A DNA stretch of 63,818 nt, counting the filler, from Octopus bimaculoides (taxonomy: Eukaryota), in the NCBI RefSeq assembly GCF_001194135.2. It is 6 parts of 6 records of this genome, joined end to end, with 100 filler letters (N's around TTAATTAATTAA, not from the genome) between each part and the next. Parts side by side here need not be neighbours in the genome. Positions count along the whole stretch, not along the records: positions 20,452 to 35,078 come from NC_068990.1; positions 35,179 to 51,365 come from NC_068981.1; 4 more parts are not named here. One strand, written 5' to 3'. Of the stretch, positions 23,021 to 37,132 are shown piece after piece (within the stretch, counting starts at the first letter, position 1; the number at the start of each line of letters is the position of its first letter). A program made the translations under genes and the position numbers. The notes under the pieces were generated by a model. It was not told the origin of the DNA, searched no databases, and worked only from the letters and a program-made list of their open reading frames with translations.

Positions 23021-24682
23021 TATATTAAGTGTATTATTCTGAAGAATCAAATAGTGTAATAACTTATTGAGTTCAGAGATGAACTTACTTTGAAAATGTC
23101 CTTGTTTTACCTGTTGATGAGTTGGATGGTTGATTTATTTCCAAGATCATTTTTATTAGCCTTGAATATGAAGTATAGTTGTTTACAGTGGGTGATTTTA
23201 TTCTATTTTCTCTATAAAGATTTGAATTACTTTTTGTATAGTAGTTGTCTATAATGTTTACAGTGTCCCAGTTGGTCTTCTTGTTGGTTTTGGTAACTGA
23301 AATGAGAGGAATCTGTAATGGTTAGTATAGGCTATTCAGTAAAGGTTCTTAGTCTTGCATGACTGGAAATAATTATGCTTAAAATACCTGACGTCATTTA
23401 TTTTCTTCTTTGAAGTTTCCTGGCAATCATTACTAATGCTTCTCATTCAAAATTGTGTATTCCTAATTAGAAAGAACAGATCTTTATATGCTTATAAATG
23501 TTGGTTTGCTGGCAAATTTTATTGGATTTAAAATAGTATTTAATGGTGTTATCTAATTTTCTTTAAAGAAGTATATACTACAAATGGGTCTCATAATAAA
23601 ATTATCAGTTTTCTGCATAAGGTGTTTTATGTATTTTTTTATTTTTATTTCCATCAAAAAGAGTTGTTTTATTTTTGCTTTGCTGAGTTGATTAAATATT
23701 TCTGCTTTGCCGTATATGTAAGTAAACAGTTTGTTGATATTCATGTGTGTTAGCTTGTTAGCATGTTAATAATATTCATGTGCATTTATCTGTTAAAGCA
23801 AGGCTTTCATTAAATGAATAAAATACTTAATACTTCACGAAGAACAATATGATATATTATTTTATTAATAACAGCTTTACAGAATGAATAGTGTTTTGAT
23901 CTGAGGTGATTTTCTTCACATGTTGTAGTGGAGAAGTTCACCTTGGATCAAAATACTCACCAATAAAATAATATCATGTACTCTGTTTCTTGAAGTGTCA
24001 AACGATTTATTCTGTATATGAAAGCAACATTCTACCAAACACACACACACATACGCACATACATACACACATGCACACATACACCCACATATGCAGACAC
24101 AGACAGACACCCACACCCACACACACACACCCACACACACATCCACACACACACAGACTCATGCATATTGTCTGTGTGTGTGTGTTACACATGTATAAAT
24201 TATGTTCACTATTTTTCATGTGTAATTTGTAATTCTCAATGTCAGTAATTAGAGGAATAGATTCGTTAACATAAAGAAACAGAACGTTAAAACCAGTACA
24301 GGGAGGTAGGGTGGAAATCACAAATGCATAAACATTTCACTTTGCGTCATCACCACCACCACCAACAACAACAACAACAACAATAATCATTAGCACCACT
24401 GCTTCTGTCGCTGCCGTTGGTGCTTCTGTTGCTGCTGCCACCGTTGCTGTCATCGTCAACCCCTTCATATTCATTATACCCCCCCCCTTTCAGTGTTATT
24501 TACTTCTGTCAATGTAATCATTAAGAGTCTCAGCATTATCACCATTATGAGCGCCATCTCCATTGTTGTGTTTCCTCCTCCTCAGCATTGGCATCATTAT
24601 TCACCAATTCCTTCGTCAATGTTGCCGTTATCATTATCTTCATCACTAAGCACCACCACCACCAAAACTTCCCCTTCTCCTA

Positions 24683-24792
24683 CTTATCATCATCATCGTC
24701 GTAGTCGTCATTCTAATCATCATCATCATCATCATCACCATCATCATCGTCATCGTTATCATCATCATCATCATCGTTATCATCATCATCAT
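24683..24792. repeat. (CAT)n-rich low-complexity tract (a similar tract lies at 25205-25345)
   Basis: Direct reading. Confidence 0.9.
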
Positions 24793-26261
24793 GTTAATCA
24801 CAAATAAGTCATCATCTAAATCACCACTTTTAACTATTGCGTTATACTCATGCACACACACATGTGGGTGCACAGACAGGCAGACAGACACTCTCAGACA
24901 CACATGCACACTCTCACACACACACACACGCATGTGTGTGTGCAGACAGACACTCCCAGACACACATGTACACACACACACACACACACACATGAAGCAG
25001 ATGTTTAAAAGTTTACAACATGTATCAATCAGTGTGGGCCTGATGAATGGCACTGTTTCTGATGGTGGAGGTAGATGTGTGGGTGGGGTTCTTTTATGTA
25101 ATTATTTATTTAATGTTTCATTTATTTATTTGGTTGGAAACATTAGAAACACTTTCATTCCAAGTAATTTGTCATAATTGCACAACTCACCACTTCTTGT
25201 TTTAATCACATCAGCATTCGAATCCATCATTGTCATCATCATTGCCATCATCATCATCGTCATCATCGTCATCACCACCATCAGCATCCTCTTCATCCTC
25301 ATTGCTGTTGTCACTGTTCTCTTCCTCCTTATCATCATCAATCACCATCAACCACAGTAACTTCATCAGCATCATTAAGCACATAAACAGCAGCAGCAGC
25401 AACAAGAACAACACAACAATAATAAATAATAATTATAAATAAATAAATACATAAATAGATGAAATAATTAAAAATAATGAGTAATAAATAATAGACATGT
25501 GTGAGTATGTATGTATGTTTGTACAAAGGAGTGCTGAAAAGTTCCTGGCTTCAAGCGTTTCGTCAGACTCCTGGTTGGGAGTCCAAACTTCTGAGTTCTT
25601 ATGTCTATAGGGGACGTGAGTTCGAGTCCCACAGATAGCTTTCGAAGTTTTGTTTATCCCAAAGGTATTTCAACCACCCAACATTGTGATCATGAGGCCA
25701 ACAACCTAACCAATAAGCCACTCACCTTCACTAACAGTAATAACTACACAATATGATATTTAGTGAAGTATGATATAACAGAGCGATTTTTCACTTTACT
25801 ACGTGTTTAAATCTATTTTCTTTTCTGTTCCATTTGATATTTTCTTCTACTGCTTTTCATTGTCTTTCCATCCATATGAATGCATTACACTTGTCACCAG
25901 CATTCTAATGGTCAAAAGTTTTTTGCCTGTTTGAAAAATAACAAATAAACTTATTTTTAATGGTGTTTAATTAATATTCTTAATGTGTCAGTGGCAGTAA
26001 TTGTATGCAAGAATAATCATCTCTTTACTAATCTAAGTGGTTTCATAAAATTTTTTTCCTCATTGATGGTTTTCAAGTAGCACCTGTCTAGGTGTTCAGG
26101 CCTGCATGGTTCATATGTACACTCCTTGAACGTAAACAAAGTCTCTCCAATTTATCTTGATGTCTGGGATCTGTGAAGGTTACATGCACACTGTTTTCCC
26201 CTTGACTCAAACCATGACAAAAAACAAAAAAACATAAAGGACGTCTTTTATAAAATATGTT

Positions 26262-27190
26262 GTGTGGCTGTGTCGTAAGAAGCTTGCTTCCCAACTACAT
26301 GGTTTGGGGTTCAGTCCCACAGTGTAGCACTTTGGGCAAGTGTCTTCTACTATAGCCTTGGGTTGACCAAAGCCTTGCAAGTGGATTTGGTAGACGGAAA
26401 CTGAAAGAAGCTTGTCATATAATATATATATATATATATATACTCTCTTTACTCTTTTAATTGTTTCAGTCATTTGACTGCAGCCATGCTGGAGCACCAC
26501 CTTTTAGTCGAGCAAATCGACCCCAGGACTTATTCTTTGGAAGCCTAGTACTTATTCCATCGGTCTCTTTTGCTGAACTGCTAAGTTACAGTGACATAAA
26601 CACACCACCATCGGTTGTCAAGCGATGTTGTGGGGACAAACACAGACACACAAACATATACACACACATACATATATATATATATACATATATACANNNN
26701 NNNNNNNNNNNNNNNNNNNNNNNNNNNNNNNNNNNNNNNNNNNNNNNNNNNNNNNNNNNNNNNNNNNNNNNNNNNNNNNNNNNNNNNNNNNNNNNNNNNN
26801 NNNNNNNNNNNNNNNNNNNNNNNNNNNNNNNNNNNNNNNNNNNNNNNNNNNNNNNNNNNNNNNNNNNNNNNNNNNNNNNNNNNNNNNNNNNNNNNNNNNN
26901 NNNNNNNNNNNNNNNNNNNNNNNNNNNNNNNNNNNNNNNNNNNNNNNNNNTTTTAACCCTAGGTGTGGTGAGAGCCACTGATGACCATTTGTCCACCACG
27001 ACTACTTGACAATTGGTGTTGATGTGTTTATGTCCCTGTAACTTAGTATTTTGGCTGAAGAGATTAGTAGAATAAGTATTAGGCATTAGAAAAAACATGT
27101 TCTGGGGTTGATTTGTTCTGCAAAAACCCTTCAAGGTGGTGCTCCAGCATGGCTGAAGTCAAATGACTGAAACAAGTAAACAATAAAAGA
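26262..27190. mobile_element. Cluster of SINE family C pieces: + 5' half (26262-26420), - 3' half (26447-26695), + 3' half (26985-27190)
   Basis: Each piece matches part of the family C unit; an N gap lies between the inverted 3' halves. Confidence 0.75.
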
Positions 27191-30103
27191 TTTAAGATAA
27201 AAAATATTTGCTTTGCTTCCAATGAAAATAATCAAGTCTCACACAGCTGCTTGACCTACAAGAGACAGCAGCAAAGTATCCTTCATTCACATTACTGTTA
27301 AGCAAAAAAAAAAAAAATAATAAAAAGGAAGGACTCATTGAATAATGTAGTTTTAGGTATAATGCATCTGGAAAACTAAGAAAATAAAGCATAGTTACAA
27401 CTTACTTGGGTTTGAACCAGGGCAGAACGATAACAATAACAGTAGCCACTATAGCAACTTCAACAACAGTAATAGCAGCAGCAGCAGCAACAACAACAAC
27501 AGCAAAAACAGTAGCCACAATAACAATTCTATGAAATTGACTGTGTTATTACATATGAGTAACTATTCACTCAAGTCTCTCTTCTATGTGTATCAGACAT
27601 TCTAAACGAGATATTTAATATCATAAACAGCATGGATGAGTTCAGCTTCAAAGAATTAATTTTACCTCTTTTATTTTTCATTTCCTTTTGTTTGTTTCTT
27701 TTTTCTTTTGGTTCAATTATCATATTTTCATTTCAAAACTTCTGTTGTATTATTATTACTACTACTACTACCTTTTATTGTGGAGTCATTGTATCAAGTA
27801 AAATTGATAAAGTGCCTACCAGTCTCAAGAGGTTTTCATTTGGTAAGTTTTCCACTGATATTTTGGCAAAAAGAATTCCATCATGTTGATGAGAAATTCT
27901 GACCAGTTGAGTGACTTTTCCTTTTTATTTTTTAAGACCTTGTTTTCACAGCTGTATAGTTTTCCTGTTGCATCTTCTGAGATGTTAAGTAGAAATAGAA
28001 GCTGTCTTTGTGTAGTCAGTCAAAGTGGCGGTAATGGTGTGTCAGGATATATAACTCAGAGAGTGCATCTCCATGAATAAACCATAGTTAAGTTAATACT
28101 GATTTCACATTTTGGCACAAGGCCAGCAATTTTTGGGTAGTATATAAGTTGATTATATCAACCCCAGTTTTCAGCTCGTATATCATTTTCATTATTTCAG
28201 TTGACACTAAGGAGTAATTCTGAACTTGTTTTGATCTTATTTTGAACTCATCAGTAAGATAATAAACCAGATAGTACATCGATTGGTGTAAAAAATGTTA
28301 CCAGAATAAATAACTCAACAATGACATCTGCATGAAAAATATGTCAGTTTTAGCAAAGCTAACTTGGAGTAATTATGTGGCCAGGATAAAATGATAGTAA
28401 TTAGTGACTTGCAAAGAGGGTTGAGATACAAAGTAAACTCTACATACCTGCACAGGGATAATGACTGTAAGTCACAAATGGGTTTGAAAGATCTCACATT
28501 TCTAAACGATATTGCAATTAAGAATGGAGTCTTGCTTTGTGGCATGATTTGAAATGAGAAAAACGTCTAACTGTTGAGTTGATGGTGAACCGAGAAAATA
28601 ATATGGTGTGGGAGTGTGAAAAGAAATGTCAAAATATAAAGGAATATGAGACTTAGGAAATCCTGTGAAGCACAATGGTGAAGGTGTTCCTTGTTTTATA
28701 ACAGAGATGAAATATCATGGCTTTGTGTTTATATCCTTTATGTCTTGCCTAACTGACATTGAACGTAGGAAGGACAATAGAACAGTGATTCATGAACTGG
28801 AGAGGGAAGCAGAAAATGCTTCATAATATGAGAGAAAGACTGAAGTTAACAGCAAAGAATGAATTCTCCATAAGTAGCAAAGCAAAATAGTTGCTGCAGA
28901 GCTGGAGTGGTTAAAGAGGGCCATGGAAGGATGATAGAAGGGAAAAAGCATGCTACAGTGTCAGCTAAAATGATGGAGACATTCCCTTATAACATCAATG
29001 ATGTTCAGCAGCACCGAAAAAAGTGGTACTATCAAAAAAGTTGTCAAAATCATTGGGATCTTAAGTTGACAGCTGATGAAGGGTACAGTATGCAGTGCAA
29101 TTTTCTTGTATAATATAATATAATATAATCTCTTACTAGCTGGCTCTGTGCCATCAAAAATGACAGCTAATTGTAGTATTTTATATATAAATAAAGTACA
29201 AAATAAGGTACATAATAATCACAGATTCATACATGCACACACATACACACATACACTCACACAGAGTTGAAACGCTGTTTGATTTTTCTTTTCAGCATCG
29301 AAAGTTCACCATCCCACTTCCATTGTACACACACACACACACACATGACTCCCTTTTACATACACACATATATACTCACTCAGAGCTGAGACATTGATTT
29401 TTCTGTAAGTGTTGAATGTTCATCATCCCACTTCCAGTTTGATATCACCCCTTCCTTCCTTATTCATCTATCACCGCTTCCTTTCTCATTCATATGTTGT
29501 GACAGAGAAATGCACAAGAGTATTATTATAGTAGATTCTTTTACTTGTCTCAGTCATTGAACTGCAATTATGATAATACACTGTCTTAAAGGCGTTTTAA
29601 TTAATCAAATCAGGTCTAGGACTTAACTTCTTTAATGTCTGACAGCGAGTATTTATTCTATTGGTCTTTTCTGATCAAACTTATAAGTTACAAGGATGTA
29701 AAGGAACCAACACCAGTTGTCAAACATTGTAACACAAAGTGAAACACACACACAAATGCATGCTTGTATGTATGATTGTCTGTGTGTATGTACATATATG
29801 TGTGTATGTGTGTGTACTTATAACTATATGTACACACAAATATATATGCATATAAACATACACAGTGCATACACACAAATGCATGCACACACATACATAC
29901 ACATGCATATGACAAAGCATTGGTTGGTCTCAAGCTATGTGCTTATGAAGTGAATGTCTTAAATGCCTTGCTGTATGTGTACATATGGATATTGGTTACA
30001 TGCACATACATACATATACACACACACACAGAGACAGACACACACATATATATATATATATTGGTTTTATATATATATATACATGCATATATATACATAT
30101 TGG

Positions 30104-30163
<60 letters not shown>

Positions 30164-30165
30164 GT

Positions 30166-30231
<66 letters not shown>

Positions 30232-30301
30232 TGTGTATAAATAATATTACACTCTCTTTTTCTTTCTCTCTCTCTCTATTCATATATATATGCATACGTA
30301 C

Positions 30302-30333
<32 letters not shown>

Positions 30334-30695
30334 TGACACACACACTCATACTGTTGCAATATATAAAAAGTGCCCATTAACCTTTCCTCGTGTCTAATGG
30401 AATATATTACAATTGTATGCACAAGAGACAGTTGAACAGAGATAATGAAATATTGCAAGTAGGAGAGATATATATATTAACTCTTCTTTCCTAATCACCT
30501 TCTGCTCTCTTCTGGCTGCACTGAACTGTCTAGAAACTTTTGTCTCATAGCAGTCCTGTCTTCTAATGTTTTGCTCCTCCATGCAGCACATGTGAGTGAT
30601 GGTGAGCAGAATTCCTCTGGACGTATTCAATATGTCATTGAGAAATTTTAAAAACCAAGATCATCATCATCATCACCATTCATCTCTCTCCTCCC

Positions 30696-31062
30696 CTTCT
30701 TCTTCTTCTTCTTCTTCTTCTTCTTCTTCTTCTTCTTCTTCTTCTTCTCCTCTTCCTCCTCCTTTTTCCTCCTTCTTCCTCTGCCACTTCTGCCTTGTAG
30801 TTGTCATCCACCTCCTCTTCCCCCTCCTTTTCTTCTTCTTCTTCTTCTTCTTCTTCTTCTTCTTCTTCTTCTTCTTCTTCTTCTTCTTCATCTCCTCCTC
30901 TTTCTCCTTTTCTTCTTCCTCGGCCTCTCCTGCCTCCTCCTCCTCCTCCTTCTTCTTCTTGTTCTTCTTCTTCCTCTTTTTACCCTCCTCTTTTTCCCTC
31001 CACTTCTTCCTCTGCCTCTCCTTACTCTGCCTCTTCTTTTTCTTCTTCCTCTGCCTCTTCTT
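30696..31062. repeat. (CTT)n/(CCT)n pyrimidine tract
   Basis: Direct reading; source of spurious poly-S/F/K/E ORFs. Confidence 0.95.
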
Positions 31063-31102
31063 CAATTTTCAAAGTTCAGTAGCCATAAAGCATGTAGAAT
31101 CT

Positions 31103-31390
31103 AACATGTGGCTCAGTGGTTAGGGTACTCAACTCACAGTCATAAGGCCACAAGTTCGATTCCTGATGGTGTGTTGTATCCTTGAGCTAGACACTTTATT
31201 TCTCATTGCCCCAGTCCACTCTGCTGGCAAAAATGATTTGTACCTGTAATTCAAAGGGTCAGCCTTTTCACACTGTCTGTCATGCTGAATCTTCCTGAGA
31301 ATCATACCTGTTGAATGCTCAACCACTTGCACATTAATTGCATGAGCAAGCTGTTCTGTTGATCAGATCAACTGGAGCCCTTGGTATTAT
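31103..31390 (+). mobile_element. SINE family A-related, CpG-decayed
   Basis: ggctcagtggttagggtactc...gttcgattcc head; aaagggtcagcc...gatcagatcaactggagccc tail. Confidence 0.7.
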
Positions 31391-31599
31391 AACCGATGGA
31401 GTGTCAGTATAGAGTCTAGCATTTCAGCTCACTGTCCCCAGTGGCACAGTTAACAGGGGAGCAAGTGGGGTGACCGCTCTTCCTGAGCGCATTTTTCAAA
31501 ATTGGCACCTTTCCAAGAATTTATTTTAACTCTTTAGTTACCTGCATCAGTAGTTGTAAGTCTCATATATAAAGACATTCTTACCAAATCTTTAAAGAC

Positions 31600-32005
31600 A
31601 TTGTTACTCCAATCTCATCTGGCAGAGTTTCTACAGCTAGATGCCCTTCCTAACGCCAACCACTCTGAGAGTTTAGTGGGTGCTTTTTACGTGCCACTGG
31701 CACGAGTGCTGGTCCAGCAGTACTGGCAACGGTCATGCTCAAATGGTATTTTTTACGTGCCACCTACACAGGAGTCAGTCCAATGTTTTGTTCACATGCC
31801 ATCGGCACTAGTGTCAGTAAGGCGAAGCTGGAAACGATCGCGCTCAAATGGTGCTTTTTACATTCCACCGGCACCGGAGCAAGACCGCTGCTCTGGCAGT
31901 GATCCCGCTCGGATGGTGCTGTTAGCACTCCATTGGCATGAGTGCCAGTCATTGAATTTGGTTCAGTTTTGATCTCATTTGCCCCAACAGGTCTTGAAGG
32001 ATGCA
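31600..32005 (-). mobile_element. RTE-clade LINE 3' UTR fragment
   Basis: ctccaatctcatctggcagagtttctacagctagatgcccttcctaacgccaaccactctgagag plus repeated gtgccac...ggcac units, as in 63600-63818 (reverse). Confidence 0.75.
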
Positions 32006-33284
32006 TTTTGAGTCACCCTTTTTTACTTTAGATATCATGTTGCTCTACCAAATGGTAACATGATGATCTTGATATGGCACACTTTCAGTTCATATTGTTC
32101 AATATTTTCTGCTTATTTGTGGACAATTCTATTAATTTGAATTTGTTTTGTCTTTTATTTTATTTGCAATGGCTTCTTCAAATTCTGAAGAATTTACAAA
32201 ATGAAGAACAAGTTTGTTTTCTATAAATTATTTCAAAGAAGGCAAAAAGAATAATAGGATAAATATGACCTTATGGGCTCACATTGACATAAAGGAATCT
32301 AAAGGCTTGGTATTTAGTGATATGTCAGTATTAATAATGATTTTTTTTTGACATTGTACATGTAAAAGTTTACATGTTTATGGAGAAAGGGCATACTTAA
32401 TTTAATCTCTCTCAAAACATTAATTCTTATTTGTATTATCTTTTAAAATGAAAGGCAAATTTGATTTCAAATGTCATTGAATAGTAAATTATATTTCATT
32501 CAGTGACTGTACCATTCTTACCACTCGACTGCTTTATCAGTTCAAATAGTAATTAATGATTTTTATTCATATTTCTTAACATGAATTTTCAAAATAAATA
32601 TAGCATTTTAATTAATTTTTTTCCAATTTTTATTATTTTATTTTTCCAATGCATCCTTTCCACTGCTGTAGTAAAAATGTCAATATCTAATAGAAATGAT
32701 TAAATATAATTAATTTTATTTATGTAATTATTTTTCAATTTATTTTATATTTTTATGAGAAATTGATTCAGTTTAAACGCCTAAATGTCTGATACAAGTT
32801 TTTTTTAAATAGAATTATAATTGTTTAGACAATTAACCTCATCTTTAGAGATGAAACATTTTTTTACAGATTTACATCTACACTATGTTTCAATCATATT
32901 GGTCTCCAATTAACAGAATACCTGCCTTCAGGTATACCAGGAAAAATCATTATTAAATATTAGTTTAGCAGTAATAAAAAACAATTCTTAGTGCAAATAC
33001 TCAGGTAAGCAGTATTGTTCAGTGAATCAGCATCAGTATATGACTGGTATTTATTATATTTATCATGGATTAACTCTTTAACATTCAGATTACCCTGTCA
33101 AATGTAATGCTATTCACAGTTCTTTGAATTAAGGATGCATTATCTCATAACTTCAAGATTGTGATGGTGCGATTGTTTGTTTTTAGAATGACATTGCAGG
33201 ATAGGTGTGATAGGCCAAATGTAACTGGTTTGAACATAAAATGTATAGAATATTTAAGCCAGATAAAAAATGGTAAAGACTCCC

Positions 33285-33590
33285 TTTGGTTATGAATGAC
33301 CATGGGATTGCACCTCTCAGGCACAAGTCCGGGCAAGGTTATTTATGGAAAACCAGCAGTCGCCCATGCATATCGGCCTCCCCTCTCCACGCCACCAATG
33401 TCATTCAATGGAAAGGCAAAGGGGCCGATATAGCTTGGCACCAGTGACGTTGCAACTCATTTCTATAGCCGAGTGAACTGGAGCAACGTGAAGTAAAGTG
33501 TTTTGCTCAAGAATGCAACACACAGCCTGGTCTGGGTATTGAACTCACTGCTGCATGATTATGCATCCAACGCTCTATCCACTGAGCTGG
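33285..33590 (-). mobile_element. SINE family B
   Basis: ccatgggattgcacct...gtcgcccatgca...gcaactcatttctatagccgagtgaactggagcaacgtgaag. Confidence 0.8.
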
Positions 33591-33907
33591 TTTAAATGCT
33601 AAAGCTTTAATGATAAAGCAACTGGCTCCAATGCAGTTTGAATTTAGAATGCAGTTACACACTGCTTGAACATTTTTGGCTTTCCACTGCTGTGAAACGT
33701 TAGCACTTGATCATAAATTTCAAAGGTGAGGTGTACAGAATTTATTTCTTCAAACTTCACAAGAATGAAAGTTAAAGTCGACCATGATGGGATTTTAACT
33801 CAGAAGTTAAAGGAACATATCCCCTGTAGCGCAGGGGATAGCACACTGGACTTCTAATCCAGAGGTTGTGGGTTTGTATCCCACCAGGAATGATGATTCA
33901 CTTTTTC

Positions 33908-34415
33908 ATAGGTGCAGGTATGGCTGTGTGATAAGAAGCTGACTTCCCGACCACATAGTTCTGGGTTCAGTTCCACTGTGGGGCACCTTGGGAAAGTGTC
34001 TTCTACTGTAGCCTCAGGCTGACCAAGGCCTTGTGAGTAGATTTGGTAGACGGAAACTGAAAAGAAGCCTGTCGTGTATATATATATATATATATATATA
34101 TNNNNNNNNNNNNNNNNNNNNNNNNNNNNNNNNNNNNNNNNNNNNNNNNNNNNNNNNNNNNNNNNNNNNNNNNNNNNNNNNNNNATATATATGTATATAT
34201 GTTTGTGTGTCTGTGATTGTTCCCCCACCATTGCTTGACAACCGATGTTGGTGTGTTTACATCGTTGTAACTTAGTGGTTCAGCACAAGAGACCAATAGA
34301 ATAAGTACTAGGCTTACAAAGAATAAATCCTGGGGTCAATTTATTTGACTAAAAGCAGTGTTCCAGCATGGCCACAGTCAAATCGGTGAAACAAATAAAA
34401 GAATAAAAGAATAAA
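33908..34415 (+). mobile_element. SINE family C, full length with internal gap
   Basis: ggtgcaggtatggctgtgtgataagaagc ... gaaacaaataaaagaataaaaga. Confidence 0.85.
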
Positions 34416-35178
34416 TACTGCAAGATATTGATGACCAAATATTGTCAGAGCATCCAACCCATACCAGCTTGGAAAATGAATGTGGAATGTTGATGGTTAT
34501 GATTGATTACACACAACGAGAAACAATAAGTCATTAATGGGGTTGTGTTTCACTATATTGTTCCAAACAATCAAGATGGCTGTTATTGTTGGTTAGCTTC
34601 AGGCCAGGCTTGATTGAGCAAGTCTATTATAAAAGATATTCTAGCTCTGTGAATTTCAAACAAATGAAAGGCAGAAGATGGAATATACGAGGATTTATTA
34701 TCAATCACGACAATTGTGTCGACACATCTAACATCAATTCCTCTTGTATGGGACGTTCAACAACTGGTTCAGGAGCATCCGGTGGTGCAGATGTATCTCG
34801 TCGGGTGATAAATAAATAAAAACAACTCATTAAAAATGACTATTCTACAATGTAACTTTCTGTTTTGTAGAAAGGAGAACAGCCAGACAGGAAAAATCTT
34901 CAAATATATAAGATCAAAAATAAAATTGCAAAAGTTGAAGATTTAAAGATATACTACTAATACAACAACAATTACTACTACTACTACTAATAATAATAAG
35001 AAGAAGAATAATATTACTGCTCCTCTTCTCCTCCTCTTCTCCTCCTCCTCCTCTTCTCCTCTTCTCCTCTTCTCCTCCNNNNNNNNNNNNNNNNNNNNNN
35101 NNNNNNNNNNNNNNNNNNNNNNTTAATTAATTAANNNNNNNNNNNNNNNNNNNNNNNNNNNNNNNNNNNNNNNNNNNN

Positions 35179-35209
<31 letters not shown>

Positions 35210-35609
35210 CATAAATGTGTGTGTGTGAGTGTGTATCCACATACAAAGTCAAGCACAGTGAAGCACACACAGCTGTGTAGGGACCGGGGGTGGAGAGTGA
35301 CTGTAAGTGAGTGAGTGTATGCATGTCTATACCATTCCACTGAACATTCAGAGATCTTAACATCTGCAGCGCAAGTTTATGAGAAATGTTGTTCCAACAA
35401 CGACTACGAAGAGATGTCTCAGAGAAATTATAAGAAAACAATTATAATACTATTTGTGTTAATATTTATCATATCTGACTTCCGGTTCAACTTCGTAGCT
35501 TATCAGGCGAAAAGAAGATGAATTTTTGGGTGAGGTGAAATTTATGTAGCGATGTGGATACAACGTATTTTGAACAATGCAATCCCTGTTTGCGTGCGTG
35601 TATATATAC

Positions 35610-35652
<43 letters not shown>

Positions 35653-36159
35653 CGTTCTCCTTTGAGTTTCGTGATTCTAGCCAAGATATTTTTTTTTTCC
35701 TAACTACACAGATCAAAACCAAGATTTTCCTCGTCTATCTCTTGAAATTCTAGTGACTTTTGCCGTTCTGTTAAAGGCAAGCTCACTTCCAACCATTGAT
35801 ATACCCTTGTGAGAGATGGAAACGTCAGACAACATCGTTCGTCTACCGCTGTACATGTCCCGCCTTAAATCTTATATTTAGATCATAACTAATGCTATTT
35901 TTTCCTCTTATAAATGTGAACATCAAGATCCATCTCATTCCTGTAGGGGTAATGAGTGTTTGGGGGAACTCGTGAACCCAGACTAAACCCGGTTTCAATT
36001 CTAGCTAAAATGATTCCATTTCTCTTAGTTTTTTCGCATTTAAACCAGCTATATCTAACCCCAATTTTTCGCCAGTTCTATGATCATACTGGCAAGAACC
36101 GATCTTTCACACCTCCCCTACAATATCCTTTTCTGCTCTAGGCACAAGGATCGAAATTT

Positions 36160-36338
36160 TGAAGGAGCGGGGCCAGTCGATTAGATCGACCCCAGTACGC
36201 AACTGGTACTTAATTTATTGATCCCGAAAGGATGAATTTGCAAAGTCGACCACGGCAGAATTTCGTCTGTAAAGACAGATGAAATACCGGTAAGTATTTC
36301 ACCCGGCGTGTTAACCTCTCTGCCAGCTCGCCGCCTTC
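36160..36338 (-). mobile_element. SINE family D, CpG intact
   Basis: gtcgattagatcgacccc...gtcgaccacggcag...cacccggcgtgttaac...ctcgccgcc. Confidence 0.8.
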
Positions 36339-37132
36339 CTACCCGACAATATCATTCTGAAAATAAACGGTCACTTCATCGAAATCTCAAAGCTACAAAA
36401 AATAATATTTGATCTATTGAAAACGATATGAATAAATAAGCATAGCATTTGATTGAGTAAATCTGGTTAAATGGAAATATCCTTATCAATCACAGAATTA
36501 TCATATTTTCTCATTCTGTTTTCATATCCTTCCATGCTTTTTTACGATTCTGCTCTGAAACATCCTCAAAATTAAACATCGTTATATGAAATACGTCATT
36601 CACCGATGACAGAATCGATAGAGCGGTTGTGAGGAGGCTTTGCGCTATTTAGCTATTCCACTTTACGATCCTAGCTCAAATTCAGCCGAGATTGGTTTTT
36701 ACCTTTCGTTTTTCTACAGTTGAAAAACTTTTTTAAATTAAAAAAAAACAGAACAGTTAAGTATTGGTGTCAACGGCATCAACAATCCCACTTCCTTCAA
36801 AATTGTCAGCTTTGTTCAAAATTTCCAGGCCACAAAGGCGTCGTACTGGCAGAATCGTGAGCGCGCTGAACAAAATGCTTAGCGAAACTGTTTCTGACCC
36901 TTTGCGCGTTGAGTTCAAATCTTGTCGAGGTCAGTTTTTTCTTTCACCCTTGCGGAGTTGATAAAACAACTATCAGCAGAGCAGTGAGATCGAGATGTGG
37001 TTTATAAAGACACATCTCCATCAAAGCCTTGTAGAGTGGATTTAGTAGAGAATGGAAAGAAGCCCCTCGTATACAAATGTGTGTGTGTGTGTGTTTGCGT
37101 GCATATATATATTGTATGTGTGTGTGTGTGTG

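Noticed and set aside
27400-27525. Minus-strand exon-like block with GTAAGT donor encoding a hydrophobic stretch
   Set aside because: It derives from (CAA/CAG)n low-complexity sequence, so the hydrophobicity is a repeat artefact.
35478-35485. ETS/GABP motif ACTTCCGG near the start of segment 3
   Set aside because: A single 8-mer with no supporting exon or TSS evidence.
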